From Actinomycetota bacterium (GTDB lineage: Bacteria > Actinomycetota > Acidimicrobiia > Acidimicrobiales > Microtrichaceae), in contig CANJEC010000001.1 in NCBI GenBank assembly GCA_947473395.1, positions 1-40,740 on the forward strand: a stretch of 40,740 nt of DNA. The letters run 5' to 3'. The translations under genes and the position numbers were made by a program. Position 1 is the first letter of the stretch. Every line of letters starts with the position of its first letter. The notes beneath the pieces are model-generated. The model was not told the DNA's origin and made no database searches. It saw nothing but the letters and a program-made list of their open reading frames with translations. Shown here in pieces: positions 17,671 through 26,985 of this stretch.

Positions 17671-20600
17671 GTGGCGGATTTACTGGATGACGAGAGCGCA
17701 CGGCGTTCTTCTGCGCGCCAAGACCGGCAGATCCTCGCAAATGGTAACGAGGCGCCCATCTACATTGAGGCTGAGGTGTCCGCCCAGTACTACTTAGCTT
17801 CAGCGCACAGATCTCCTGTCCGTGGCCTCAGGGTAACCAACCTCGCACTACCACCCGCTGCAGGTTCGGACGAATTGGTCCTCACATGTCATGTTGAGTC
17901 CGCTCTGGGCGAGTCCCTATTTGAGCCAAGAGCTCTAGCCTTTCCGCTTCCAGCACAGGGGCTCTCGATCCCATTTCAGACTTTCCAACTCAACCCCAAC
18001 CGTCGCGTGCTGGCCATGCTTGACGAGCGGATCCAAGCTCACCTAGTTCTGACGATTAGAAGGGGCGACCAAGTTGTCGGATCCCTTCGTAAGCCCATTG
18101 AGTTCTTGGCTCACAACCAGTGGATGTACGAGGACAGCTACTTCGACTCACTCGCAGCGTTTGTGCACCCAAACTCTCGGACCATTGACAGCATCATCTC
18201 AAGGGCAAGGGTGCTGCTTGAGCACATGACTGGCGACGGGAGTACCGAAGGGTACCAATCTGTGGGTAGCCAGCCCGAGCGCGTCCATCAGATGGCCGCT
18301 GCGGTGTTCGACGCTCTTCGAGAACTCAAGTTGGCCTACACAGATCCTCCAACTGGCTTTGAGGGTTACGGCCAGAAGATTCGAACTCCAGAGGTCGTCA
18401 TGGCCGAAGCTGCTGCAACATGCATCGACTCCGCTGTGTTGTACGTCTCCTGCCTACTAAGAATTGGCCTGCGAGCACAGATCGTAATGATTCGGGGACA
18501 CGCCCTGGCTAGCTACTGGAGCACTGACGATCCTCAGAGTTGGGCTGAGGAGCAGCTCTATACATCTGTCATGCGGGACATGAATGTATTCGATCAGGTT
18601 CTTCAAGATGGCTTTCTCAAACTCGTAGAGACAACAACCTTCACCGCCACGCACGACAGGTCCTTTCGCGAAGCTCAGCACGCCGGACGTCAGCGTTGCG
18701 GCAACTCCCGAGTTTTCAAGGCACTCATAGACGTTGAAGCGAGCATCAGCAACGGTGTGGTTCCGCTGCCACCGCGTGAACTGGTTTTACAAGGCGGAGA
18801 TTTAGAGCCAGTTGAAGTGGAGCGCTGGGTAGCGAGCGGCGCTGCCAGGGCTCAACAGCCGGGCTCGGCACCAGAGGGCGAGGTTTCGGGCGACTATCTT
18901 GAGCCAACAGCGCATCCACCGAGGGTGGCGGCCTGGCTCCGCAGCTTGCTTGACTTGTCCTATGCGAACCCGCTGATTCGGATGCGAAGGTCCTCTCGGT
19001 CGGTGACGGTGCTCGACCTTGAACTTCCATTGGGCCTCGTCGGTCGGGCCGAAGATCGGCTCATGGGCCAAGGATCTCTCCTCATTCGCTCCGGGGCCGA
19101 GGCACCGGGTGCACTAATGCAGGACCCAGACAATTTCGAACGCTACCTCGATGACTTGGCGCAAAGCGGCACCCTTTACTTTCCAAGCCCAAGCAAAGTA
19201 CGAAACGAACAGGACGCCTTCTTCACCCATGCCCGACAGGAGAACCCCGAGGAAGCAATTGGATATCTGACTCGGAAGGTCTTGAACGCTTCCAAAGCTT
19301 ATTTCGCAGACCGCTTGGACAAAGCAATGAGGGGTCTCAAGCGCCGAGCCAACGACCTTGAGCAGAAGAGCGGCTCGAACAACCTGTTCTTATGCATAGG
19401 CGAATTGCGATGGACAGCAGAAGACGGGAAAAGCGGCGCTGCTCCACTGTTCCTCATTCCAATTCGAATCGCTGGCAGCGCTCGTCAGGGTTACAAGGTG
19501 ACCCCCGATGATTCAGCCGAGGTCATGCCCAACTATGCACTCATGGAGAAACTCCGCCTTACCTACGGCCTGCAGATTGACGCACTTGAGCGGCCGCTGA
19601 ATGACGATGCTGGCGTGGATGTAGACAGATTGTTGTCGGGAGTGCGCGAGTCCCTTGCAGGTGCCCGCATTCAGGGCGCGAATGTTGTCGAGTCAATGAG
19701 CATCGCTGTGCTGGATTTCTCTTCCTTCCGTCTGTGGCGGGACCTGAACGATCACTGGGAAGAGTTTTTGAAGAGTCCTGTGCTTCATCACCTCGTGCAC
19801 ACACCAAGCGCTGACTTTGTCGAGCCTGGTGGGGCGCTTGAGCTCAGCGCTCCAATCCTATGTCCAATTGAAGCTGATGAGTCGCAGATGGAGGCCATAA
19901 CCAATGCGGTGAAAGGCCAGACTTTTGTCCTTGAGGGGCCACCCGGCACGGGAAAGAGTCAAACCATCACCAACCTGCTCGCTGCCTCAATTGCCGCGGG
20001 CAAAAAGGTTTTGTTTGTTGCGGAGAAGTCAGCGGCGCTAGACGTCGTTCGAAAGCGACTTGACTCAGTGGGCCTAGGTCCGCTGTGCCTTGAGCTGTTT
20101 GATAAGGAAGCGAAGCCGGACCACATCAAGGCACAGATCCAAGAGGCACTCGATCTTCAGCCGCCGGATCACGGTGCTGAGTGGGATGAGATTCTCGGCA
20201 GGCTCCAGGCAGATGAGCGTCGCCTACGCGAATATAGAGACGCCATCCATGAACCTGGCGCCAACGATCAAACTCTTTGGGACGCATATCAAGAGGTGAT
20301 ACGGCTTGGCGAGGGTCCAGTCGCGGAACTCCCCCAAGATTTCCTAACTCATCTCGCAGCCGATCGATCAAAGGTGATTGAGGCCTTGCTCGATCTTCCC
20401 CGTGTAGTCGGGACACCCGTGGTCGACTCGAGACACCCTTGGTCGCTGTCCACAAAGTCCGTGTTTACCGCAGTTGACCCCGCGCGTCTGCTGTGGTCGG
20501 TGCAGACGCTCAGTTGGTCCCGAGCTGTGATTCAAGGGCAGAGCCAACAAGTCACCCAACTCCTTGATTGTGCTCACGGTCCCGACGAGTATGAGCAAGC

Positions 20601-23600
20601 AGCGAGCGCTATCGAGTCTCTCCGCAGTGGGCCTAGCCTGACCGCTGAGGAGCTAGCAGTAGTCGGCACGCCCCCGTGGCTTGCCGCTAGCCAACAGGCA
20701 GTCGCTGGGGTTGAGGCATTTCTGCTCAACCTGAAGCCGCTGCTCGACATCTTTCTCCCCTCAGTCCTCTCAAACGAACTCGCCGCTGCTACGGCCGCAG
20801 GACAGGTTGCGCTCACCGCCGGCGTGTTGACACGCAGTAGAGCGACTCGTGAGTTCCGAGCCGAGCTACTTCCATTTTTGGTTGACCCAAACGCTGATCA
20901 ACCCGTCCCGTCGCTCGTGGCAGCACTTCAGCAGTTACCCGAAATCCGGGCACAGTGGTCCGCAGCACACCACTCGCTTCTTTCAATTCCCGGGTTACGC
21001 CTCCCACCAACCTGGTCAGTTCTCGACCCTGCATCGCTGGAGCTAGCGAAATCACAGCTAGAGGCACTACCTAATATCGCGTCCGCTTCGGAGTCAGCGA
21101 TAGCTCGGATGGTAGTGAGCACTCCACATACAGAGGATGGACTGAACGAGCTCATCCAAGCGCTGCGAGGTGCCGCATCTGCGTGGCAAGTACTGGTGTC
21201 TGACCTTGCAGCCGACGCAGAGTCCATTCAACGATGGACTGCGACTCGCAGTCTTAGCGAAGCATGGGCCGCCGCTGAGCCGAGCTGGAACGCAGATGTG
21301 CCGCGATTCCTACAATTGCAAAGATGGAGCGACATACTCCTTGCACTCAAGCCCCTCCGCGATGCGGGGCTCACTACATTCAGCGACCAAATCCTCGCCG
21401 GTGAAGTGGATGTCGATGAGGCAGACTCCATGTTCCGGCGAGCCGTTGCCAAGGCCGTCGTGGCTGAGCGGACACTCGCATCAGGTCTGGATCGTTTCGA
21501 CGGGCACGCTCACAATCGCGTACTAGACGACTTCGCAGAGAGATTTGAGCGCCGCCGCACGCTGATGAATGACCGCATCCCAAGCGAATTGGTCCAGCAC
21601 CGGCCCATGTCACCCGGAAAGCGCATCGGCAAGTGGGGCGAATTGGAGCGACACCTCACGGCGCAAAGACGAAAGATATCGATCCGGCGCCTCATGGAGG
21701 ATTACGGACAGTTCGTTGGCGACCTCACCCCGTGTTTTCTCATGAGCCCAGACTCAGTTGCCCGTTTCATTCCTCCTGGTTCAATCACCTTTGACCTTGT
21801 GGTCTTTGATGAGGCATCGCAAATTGAGGTCCCAAGGGCTGCCGGTGCGCTCGGCCGAGCACGCGCCGCCGTTATCGTCGGCGACACAAAACAGATGCCG
21901 CCAAGCAAGTTTGGCGGCACCCAGCAAGACGACGGAGATGGCAGCGATGACGACACCCTTGAGATCACTGATCTAGAAAGCCTGCTCGAGGAGTGCCGAG
22001 CCTCGCGCCTGCCTACCTACACTCTGCAGTGCCACTACCGAAGCCGGCATGAGGCACTGATTGCATTCAGCAACCATCACTTCTACGACGACAAACTCAC
22101 CACGTTCCCCTCCCCCGCGGACACCCAGGAAGCGCCAATTGGATGGCGGCGAATCGATGGGAGATTCCGTAGGTCAAAGCAAGCTCTTCCCGAAGACTGG
22201 GACGAAGATGCAGAACCTTGGCCCGTCGGCACAAACCTTATAGAAGCGCGCGCTGTGGTTGACGAGATCGTCTCCAGACTCAGCGACCCAGCTCGCAAAC
22301 ATGAGTCCATAGGAGTAGTCACCTCGAATCAATTCCAACGCGAACTGATCAGAGACCTGCTCTACAGCGAGAGCGACCCGCTGATCACTGAACTGCTTGA
22401 ACGCGACAATGACACCAGCCTGCTGGTACAGAACCTGGAGAGCGTTCAAGGAGACGAGCGAGACGTCTTTTTGATGTCCATTGGTTTTGCTCCACCTGTG
22501 TCTGTCGCGAGCGACGGAAGCCAACAGCGCAAGACACTTCCGATGAATTTCGGGCCTCTGAACCGAAAAGGCGGAGAGCGTCGGCTGAATGTGGCGGTGA
22601 CCCGAGCTCGTTCAGAGATGATCGTCTTCTGCTCCTTCGAACCCGAAGAGATGACCATAAAATCGGAATCACCTCGTGGGATTCAGCTTCTCCACGCATA
22701 TCTAGTAGCGGCTCGCGACGGAGCAACTCGATCAGGTGACGTTGTTGCACGGATTCCACACGCCCCGGATAGGCATCGGGCTGAGATCGCCAGCGAGCTT
22801 CGGTCGCGCGGCTACCACGTGCAAGAAGACGTCGGACTGTCACAGTTTCGCGTCGACTTAGCCATTGGGCTACCTGGCGACGACGGCTATAGCGTCGCAG
22901 TGCTGCTTGACGGGCCTATCTGGGCAGATCGATCTTTTGTCTACGACAGAGATGTTCTTCCGCAGGCGGTTCTGACCGGCCTCATGGGCTGGTCTGAGGT
23001 TATTCGGCTGTGGCTGCCCATGTGGATTCACGCACGTGAGGAAGTGCTCACCGAAATAGAAGAAGCCGTCCGTCGGTCGAGCCCAGGCGCAGCGCCTCGC
23101 GGGCAGCAGGTCAGCGACGCAGAACCTGTCTCAACCCCTCCACCGATTCCCGTCGACATGGAAATTCCCGAGTTCAAAGGCAGCTTGCCTAGCACGCCAT
23201 CTCTGCCAAACCCCGAGACTCACCCTTTGTCAGACCCCTTACCCCCGCAGCACTTGGTACAACCGCCGGTGGCTGCGGAACCCCCGGAACCAATTCAACG
23301 GGGCACGGGCAATGGAGACATCTTCGGGACTGATACACCTGTATTCGTTGACGACCTACCCGTAGGCAGTCCGGAAGCGAGGGTGACCCTAGATGCACTG
23401 CCCGACCCAGCCGCCCGACTAGCGGTACAGCAGGTTGTTTTGGGCATACTTGGCCAGCTTTCGCCGATTGATCATGACGGCCTTTGCAGGCTTGTTGCCG
23501 GCCAATTCGGCTTGGGTAGATGTAGTGCTGAGCGAATCTCCGCAATATCAGCGACAATCCCCGCTGGCCTGGTGCGAACCTCGGACTTTGGCAAGTTCGT

Positions 23601-23892
23601 ATGGCGGAGCGACCTCGATCCAGATACTTGGGAGGGTTTTCGGCGCAACAGGAGCGACACGAAGAGGCGACTTGGGGAGACACCCCCGGAAGAAATCCGG
23701 AATGCAATGGTTGAGTGTGTCAGGCAGGGCGTGGAGATTAGAGGGGAGGAACTCTTTCGAATCGTCAGCGCACTCTTCGGCACGACGCGAATGACAGCCA
23801 CTGCGACTAAGCGACTTAGCTTGGTAGCCGCTTGGGCTGTGGCCACGGGCCGCCTGATCAGAACTCCTGATGGCAGCTACCGCTTTCCGTAG
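17671..23892 (+). CDS. DUF4011 / SF1 (Upf1-like) helicase / Vsr-like REase / DUF3320 protein (Hhe-like defence protein)
   Basis: WLRSLLDLSYANPLI and LFLCIGELRW...APLFLIPI (DUF4011); GPPGTGKSQTI, VFDEASQ, GDTKQMPP, HYRSRHE.LIAFSN, ESVQGDERD, RRLNVAVTRAR (SF1); VGLSQFRVDLAI...LLDG...GW (Vsr-like). GTG 17671 behind GGAAAGG. Confidence 0.9.
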   Translation: MADLLDDESARRSSARQDRQILANGNEAPIYIEAEVSAQYYLASAHRSPVRGLRVTNLALPPAAGSDELVLTCHVESALGESLFEPRALAFPLPAQGLSIPFQTFQLNPNRRVLAMLDERIQAHLVLTIRRGDQVVGSLRKPIEFLAHNQWMYEDSYFDSLAAFVHPNSRTIDSIISRARVLLEHMTGDGSTEGYQSVGSQPERVHQMAAAVFDALRELKLAYTDPPTGFEGYGQKIRTPEVVMAEAAATCIDSAVLYVSCLLRIGLRAQIVMIRGHALASYWSTDDPQSWAEEQLYTSVMRDMNVFDQVLQDGFLKLVETTTFTATHDRSFREAQHAGRQRCGNSRVFKALIDVEASISNGVVPLPPRELVLQGGDLEPVEVERWVASGAARAQQPGSAPEGEVSGDYLEPTAHPPRVAAWLRSLLDLSYANPLIRMRRSSRSVTVLDLELPLGLVGRAEDRLMGQGSLLIRSGAEAPGALMQDPDNFERYLDDLAQSGTLYFPSPSKVRNEQDAFFTHARQENPEEAIGYLTRKVLNASKAYFADRLDKAMRGLKRRANDLEQKSGSNNLFLCIGELRWTAEDGKSGAAPLFLIPIRIAGSARQGYKVTPDDSAEVMPNYALMEKLRLTYGLQIDALERPLNDDAGVDVDRLLSGVRESLAGARIQGANVVESMSIAVLDFSSFRLWRDLNDHWEEFLKSPVLHHLVHTPSADFVEPGGALELSAPILCPIEADESQMEAITNAVKGQTFVLEGPPGTGKSQTITNLLAASIAAGKKVLFVAEKSAALDVVRKRLDSVGLGPLCLELFDKEAKPDHIKAQIQEALDLQPPDHGAEWDEILGRLQADERRLREYRDAIHEPGANDQTLWDAYQEVIRLGEGPVAELPQDFLTHLAADRSKVIEALLDLPRVVGTPVVDSRHPWSLSTKSVFTAVDPARLLWSVQTLSWSRAVIQGQSQQVTQLLDCAHGPDEYEQAASAIESLRSGPSLTAEELAVVGTPPWLAASQQAVAGVEAFLLNLKPLLDIFLPSVLSNELAAATAAGQVALTAGVLTRSRATREFRAELLPFLVDPNADQPVPSLVAALQQLPEIRAQWSAAHHSLLSIPGLRLPPTWSVLDPASLELAKSQLEALPNIASASESAIARMVVSTPHTEDGLNELIQALRGAASAWQVLVSDLAADAESIQRWTATRSLSEAWAAAEPSWNADVPRFLQLQRWSDILLALKPLRDAGLTTFSDQILAGEVDVDEADSMFRRAVAKAVVAERTLASGLDRFDGHAHNRVLDDFAERFERRRTLMNDRIPSELVQHRPMSPGKRIGKWGELERHLTAQRRKISIRRLMEDYGQFVGDLTPCFLMSPDSVARFIPPGSITFDLVVFDEASQIEVPRAAGALGRARAAVIVGDTKQMPPSKFGGTQQDDGDGSDDDTLEITDLESLLEECRASRLPTYTLQCHYRSRHEALIAFSNHHFYDDKLTTFPSPADTQEAPIGWRRIDGRFRRSKQALPEDWDEDAEPWPVGTNLIEARAVVDEIVSRLSDPARKHESIGVVTSNQFQRELIRDLLYSESDPLITELLERDNDTSLLVQNLESVQGDERDVFLMSIGFAPPVSVASDGSQQRKTLPMNFGPLNRKGGERRLNVAVTRARSEMIVFCSFEPEEMTIKSESPRGIQLLHAYLVAARDGATRSGDVVARIPHAPDRHRAEIASELRSRGYHVQEDVGLSQFRVDLAIGLPGDDGYSVAVLLDGPIWADRSFVYDRDVLPQAVLTGLMGWSEVIRLWLPMWIHAREEVLTEIEEAVRRSSPGAAPRGQQVSDAEPVSTPPPIPVDMEIPEFKGSLPSTPSLPNPETHPLSDPLPPQHLVQPPVAAEPPEPIQRGTGNGDIFGTDTPVFVDDLPVGSPEARVTLDALPDPAARLAVQQVVLGILGQLSPIDHDGLCRLVAGQFGLGRCSAERISAISATIPAGLVRTSDFGKFVWRSDLDPDTWEGFRRNRSDTKRRLGETPPEEIRNAMVECVRQGVEIRGEELFRIVSALFGTTRMTATATKRLSLVAAWAVATGRLIRTPDGSYRFP

Positions 23893-24067
23893 CAACCAGA
23901 GCGCCTCCTGAGCGGTAGGTCGACGGTCGGATCCGTCCGAGGACGCCAGCACCGATCATTGGACCCATCCCGTATCGCCGCTCAGTTCCATCCAGAGGAA
24001 ACTCAGGGCATCACGGTTCGTTCATTCTGATAGACACCTTGTTTGGCACAGAGGGAGAGCTCAGAAG

Positions 24068-24748
24068 ATGGCCACACTGTTGTTACGTAACGCATACTCA
24101 GCTCGCGATACCGCTGTCTGGTTCGATGGTGAAGTCGGAGAAGATTCGCTCACCCAAGGGCCGGTTTGGGTGACGCGCACTGTTGACTCGACAGAAGGGC
24201 GTTTGGGTGAAGCCGATTCGCTCAGGCAAGCGATCCTGAATTGGCCAGAACTACTCGAAATCGGCGACAAGATTGAGATCACCTTCGCAGGGGTGTACGA
24301 CTACTTTGTCGGCGAAAACCTGCCGTTCACTTTTGGCCCGCCGGCCGCATGGGCCGATGAAGAACTACACCCGAATGGGGTGAGTTCCAATGGTCAATGG
24401 CTCGAGCTTGACGAAATCATGGAGGACCCCTGGGAACAACTCGCAGCGATTGAAGGCACATACGGGTACGTCGCCGTCTCGCGCTGCGGAAACTGGTTCC
24501 GTGACGCAATGGGTGACTGCGATCCCACCTACTACTGGGACCCCGAGGCCAAGTCTGAGGAAGTCGCGGCGAACCTCCTGTCGAGCCCCCCGGTGTGGCC
24601 AGGCGGCGATTACCTAGAGGCCTGGAGCGTGCTACCAGACGATCCTGCGACAGTATCGGGGATCCTTGAGCGTGCCGGAGCCAAGGACTTTTACTCAGCC
24701 ATTGAGGTGAACGGAGTAGTGACTTGGAGTAAAGACGATACGGACTAA
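24068..24748 (+). CDS. Acidic hypothetical protein
   Basis: 226-aa ORF, RBS GAGGGAG, D/E/W-rich; no recognised family. Confidence 0.7.
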   Translation: MATLLLRNAYSARDTAVWFDGEVGEDSLTQGPVWVTRTVDSTEGRLGEADSLRQAILNWPELLEIGDKIEITFAGVYDYFVGENLPFTFGPPAAWADEELHPNGVSSNGQWLELDEIMEDPWEQLAAIEGTYGYVAVSRCGNWFRDAMGDCDPTYYWDPEAKSEEVAANLLSSPPVWPGGDYLEAWSVLPDDPATVSGILERAGAKDFYSAIEVNGVVTWSKDDTD

Positions 24749-24906
24749 CGGCATCCTGTGGCGGGTCCCGTCGGACTACTCTGTGCAAAGGGGGACAGGG
24801 AAGGTCCTTCAAAACTTCAACGACCGCTGGCAGCAGGGTGCTTCTTTCTGTTTGTAAGCGTCCCGATTGCACTGAGATCGTTGTTCACTAGGAAGGGACA
24901 CCCGGA

Positions 24907-25596
24907 ATGCCAAAAGAGTTCACCAAGAACCCAGTCACTTGGATTGAGGACAGGGATCATGCGGTGCGGTTGCTCACAGCCTACCTAGCCCCTTCGATGT
25001 TCACCGGTGCGTTATGGGACCCGTCGGCCGAGCGTCGCAACAGTGGTAGCGACTGCTTCGTCATCAACGCCGAGGATCTCTACTTGCCAACCCTGCTATC
25101 CGCTCCCGTGCGACGCAGCGCCGGCCAAGCCATCATCGAACGCTCCGGTACCATCAGTGCGCAACTTCATGAGATCGCACCGAAGATCACGTTGTGGGAT
25201 CCCAAAGTTGAGAAGGTGGACAAGGCTCTGGCGGCAGCAGAACAGCTGTTCAGCGAGCTGAAAAAGATCCCCTATGTAGGCCCAACGACGGCATCCAAGC
25301 TCGCTGCAGCGAAACGCCCCCGCCTCCTCCCGATCTGGGACAGCCAAGTCTCACGCGCACTAGGCGCAACTCGGATGTCGTGGCGGCAGTACTGGAGGGC
25401 GTGGCGCGAGACAATCACACCAGCGGTCGACGAGCTTTACTTGATCGCCAGCGAAGTAGGCCATCCGGACCTGTCTCCCTTGCGAACCCTTGACATCATT
25501 ATCTGGATGGACGAGTGGGGCTGGAAGGACCTCCCCACAAACGAATGGAACGACCTCAAGAAGGCCTGCGCTGCCCGGCAGTCAAAGCGGGAATGA
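24907..25596 (+). CDS. DUF6308-family protein (helix-hairpin-helix-like motif)
   Basis: FTGA.WD, INAEDL...LLS, VGPTTASKL.A.KRPRLLPIWDSQV, SPLRTLDIIIWM fit my recollection of the DUF6308 consensus; RBS GGAAGGG. Confidence 0.8.
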   Translation: MPKEFTKNPVTWIEDRDHAVRLLTAYLAPSMFTGALWDPSAERRNSGSDCFVINAEDLYLPTLLSAPVRRSAGQAIIERSGTISAQLHEIAPKITLWDPKVEKVDKALAAAEQLFSELKKIPYVGPTTASKLAAAKRPRLLPIWDSQVSRALGATRMSWRQYWRAWRETITPAVDELYLIASEVGHPDLSPLRTLDIIIWMDEWGWKDLPTNEWNDLKKACAARQSKRE

Positions 25597-25718
25597 GCCC
25601 AAGGGTTTTCGGTCTATCGCAACAGGCCGCTGTTCAACAGGAGAACTTCTCGCCGTCGGGTCGCATTAGGTTTGGATGAGGATGCGCACGTGGCTGCAGA
25701 CCACAGAAGGGGATCTTT

Positions 25719-26147
25719 GTGTCAGACGTGCCGAAGGCCAAGCCAGTTCGATCGTCCGACCATCAAATACTCCTAGAGGTACTACAAGGAGTTCGAGATT
25801 CGCTTGACGATTTTGTACCTGAAGATGCTGGTGAATACCACGACGACCTGAAAGCAGTTGCAGATAAAATTCCGGATCATTATCTAACTTTTTTCTATCC
25901 AGAAGGGAACTTTACCAACTGCAAAAAGGGGTGGTATCCACTGATCATAAGCTGCGATCAAGCTCTTACAATCAGATGTCCGGACTACAAAGTTATTCTG
26001 GTTGGTGAATTCTTTGGGTTTATGAATTACCACTTTGAGCTCCCGGAATCCGATTATGAGCTGTATGTGAAAATGCGCGGGATTGTCAGGTTCTATGCGT
26101 CTCTTTCTAGGGCAACTGATTCGACTACTGGAGAGTTGACTGCTTGA
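25719..26147 (+). CDS. Hypothetical protein, AT-richer than neighbours
   Basis: 142-aa ORF behind GAAGGGG; GWYPLI...DYKVILVGEFFGFMNYH. Confidence 0.6.
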   Translation: MSDVPKAKPVRSSDHQILLEVLQGVRDSLDDFVPEDAGEYHDDLKAVADKIPDHYLTFFYPEGNFTNCKKGWYPLIISCDQALTIRCPDYKVILVGEFFGFMNYHFELPESDYELYVKMRGIVRFYASLSRATDSTTGELTA

Positions 26148-26455
26148 TCAGAGACCGCCTGGACTTAGATCCGCTGGCCTGTGTACCAGATTATTCACGG
26201 CAGCGGAACTCACCAGTTACGGGATGCCTCAGAGCCTCAGCTAAGAATCTCGAGCTTCAGAAGGTCTGGGAATCCGAAACCCTTTTTGATTAGTGGTGAC
26301 TTGCGCTTGATTTACCGAATCGATCTCATTCTGAACCATGGCCTAGTCAGCAGTTGTCGGCAACCCAGCGCCAGCTCGCTCTGGCTTTCTCGCAGTCGAT
26401 GGAGCCGACGGTGGCATGGTCACCCCAAACCAAGCCACGGAGAACTCCAGAATCA

Positions 26456-26791
26456 TCAAAGTGCGGGTCCGCCTGCTGATGTGCGCGGGCATTGGGTTGA
26501 TTGCACAGCACCATTCGGACCTGTCGTATTGCCCCAGATCACGCCGGTGAGGTTGGCGCCGCTCAGGGTGGCGCCACTCAGGTTGGCGCGTGACAGCGTG
26601 ACGTTTGTTAGGTCGAGGCCAATCAGGATGGCGTTAGCCAAGTTTGCTCCAGTCAGCTTTGCGCCGCTCAGGGTGGCGTTAGTCAGGTCGGCACTGCTTA
26701 GGTTGGCGCTGGCTAGGTTGGCGTAGGACAGGTCCATGCCTGCAAAGTTGCGCTTTCTCAGATCGCCGCTCAGATCAATGTTCGGGTCCAT
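26456..26791 (-). CDS. Pentapeptide repeat protein (array copy 6, 111 aa)
   Basis: MDPNIDL start behind GGAAAGGAA; A(D/N)LxG repeats; WGNTTGPNG tail. Confidence 0.85.
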   Translation of the reverse strand: MDPNIDLSGDLRKRNFAGMDLSYANLASANLSSADLTNATLSGAKLTGANLANAILIGLDLTNVTLSRANLSGATLSGANLTGVIWGNTTGPNGAVQSTQCPRTSAGGPAL

Positions 26792-26985
26792 AGTCGGTGG
26801 TTCCTTTCCTCGGTCCGGACTGTAGCGAAGCTGACCCGCTAGCACCCCCACAGTGCATGCGTGGGCTCTGCCATCCCTTCCCCGCCCAAGCGTCCGCGTT
26901 GGCCACGCGAGTTGGCTTCAACTTCTGAGTCTTTGCATCAAGGGCCACCGTTCTGGGTCATCCCGGTGCCTTCTTGGCTGTCGGT

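Noticed and set aside
11815-23892. CoCoNuT-type system (McrB/DUF2357 with coiled coils and SF1 helicase)
   Set aside because: This McrB lacks a long coiled coil, and the helicase is a DUF4011 type separated from it by an oppositely oriented gene.
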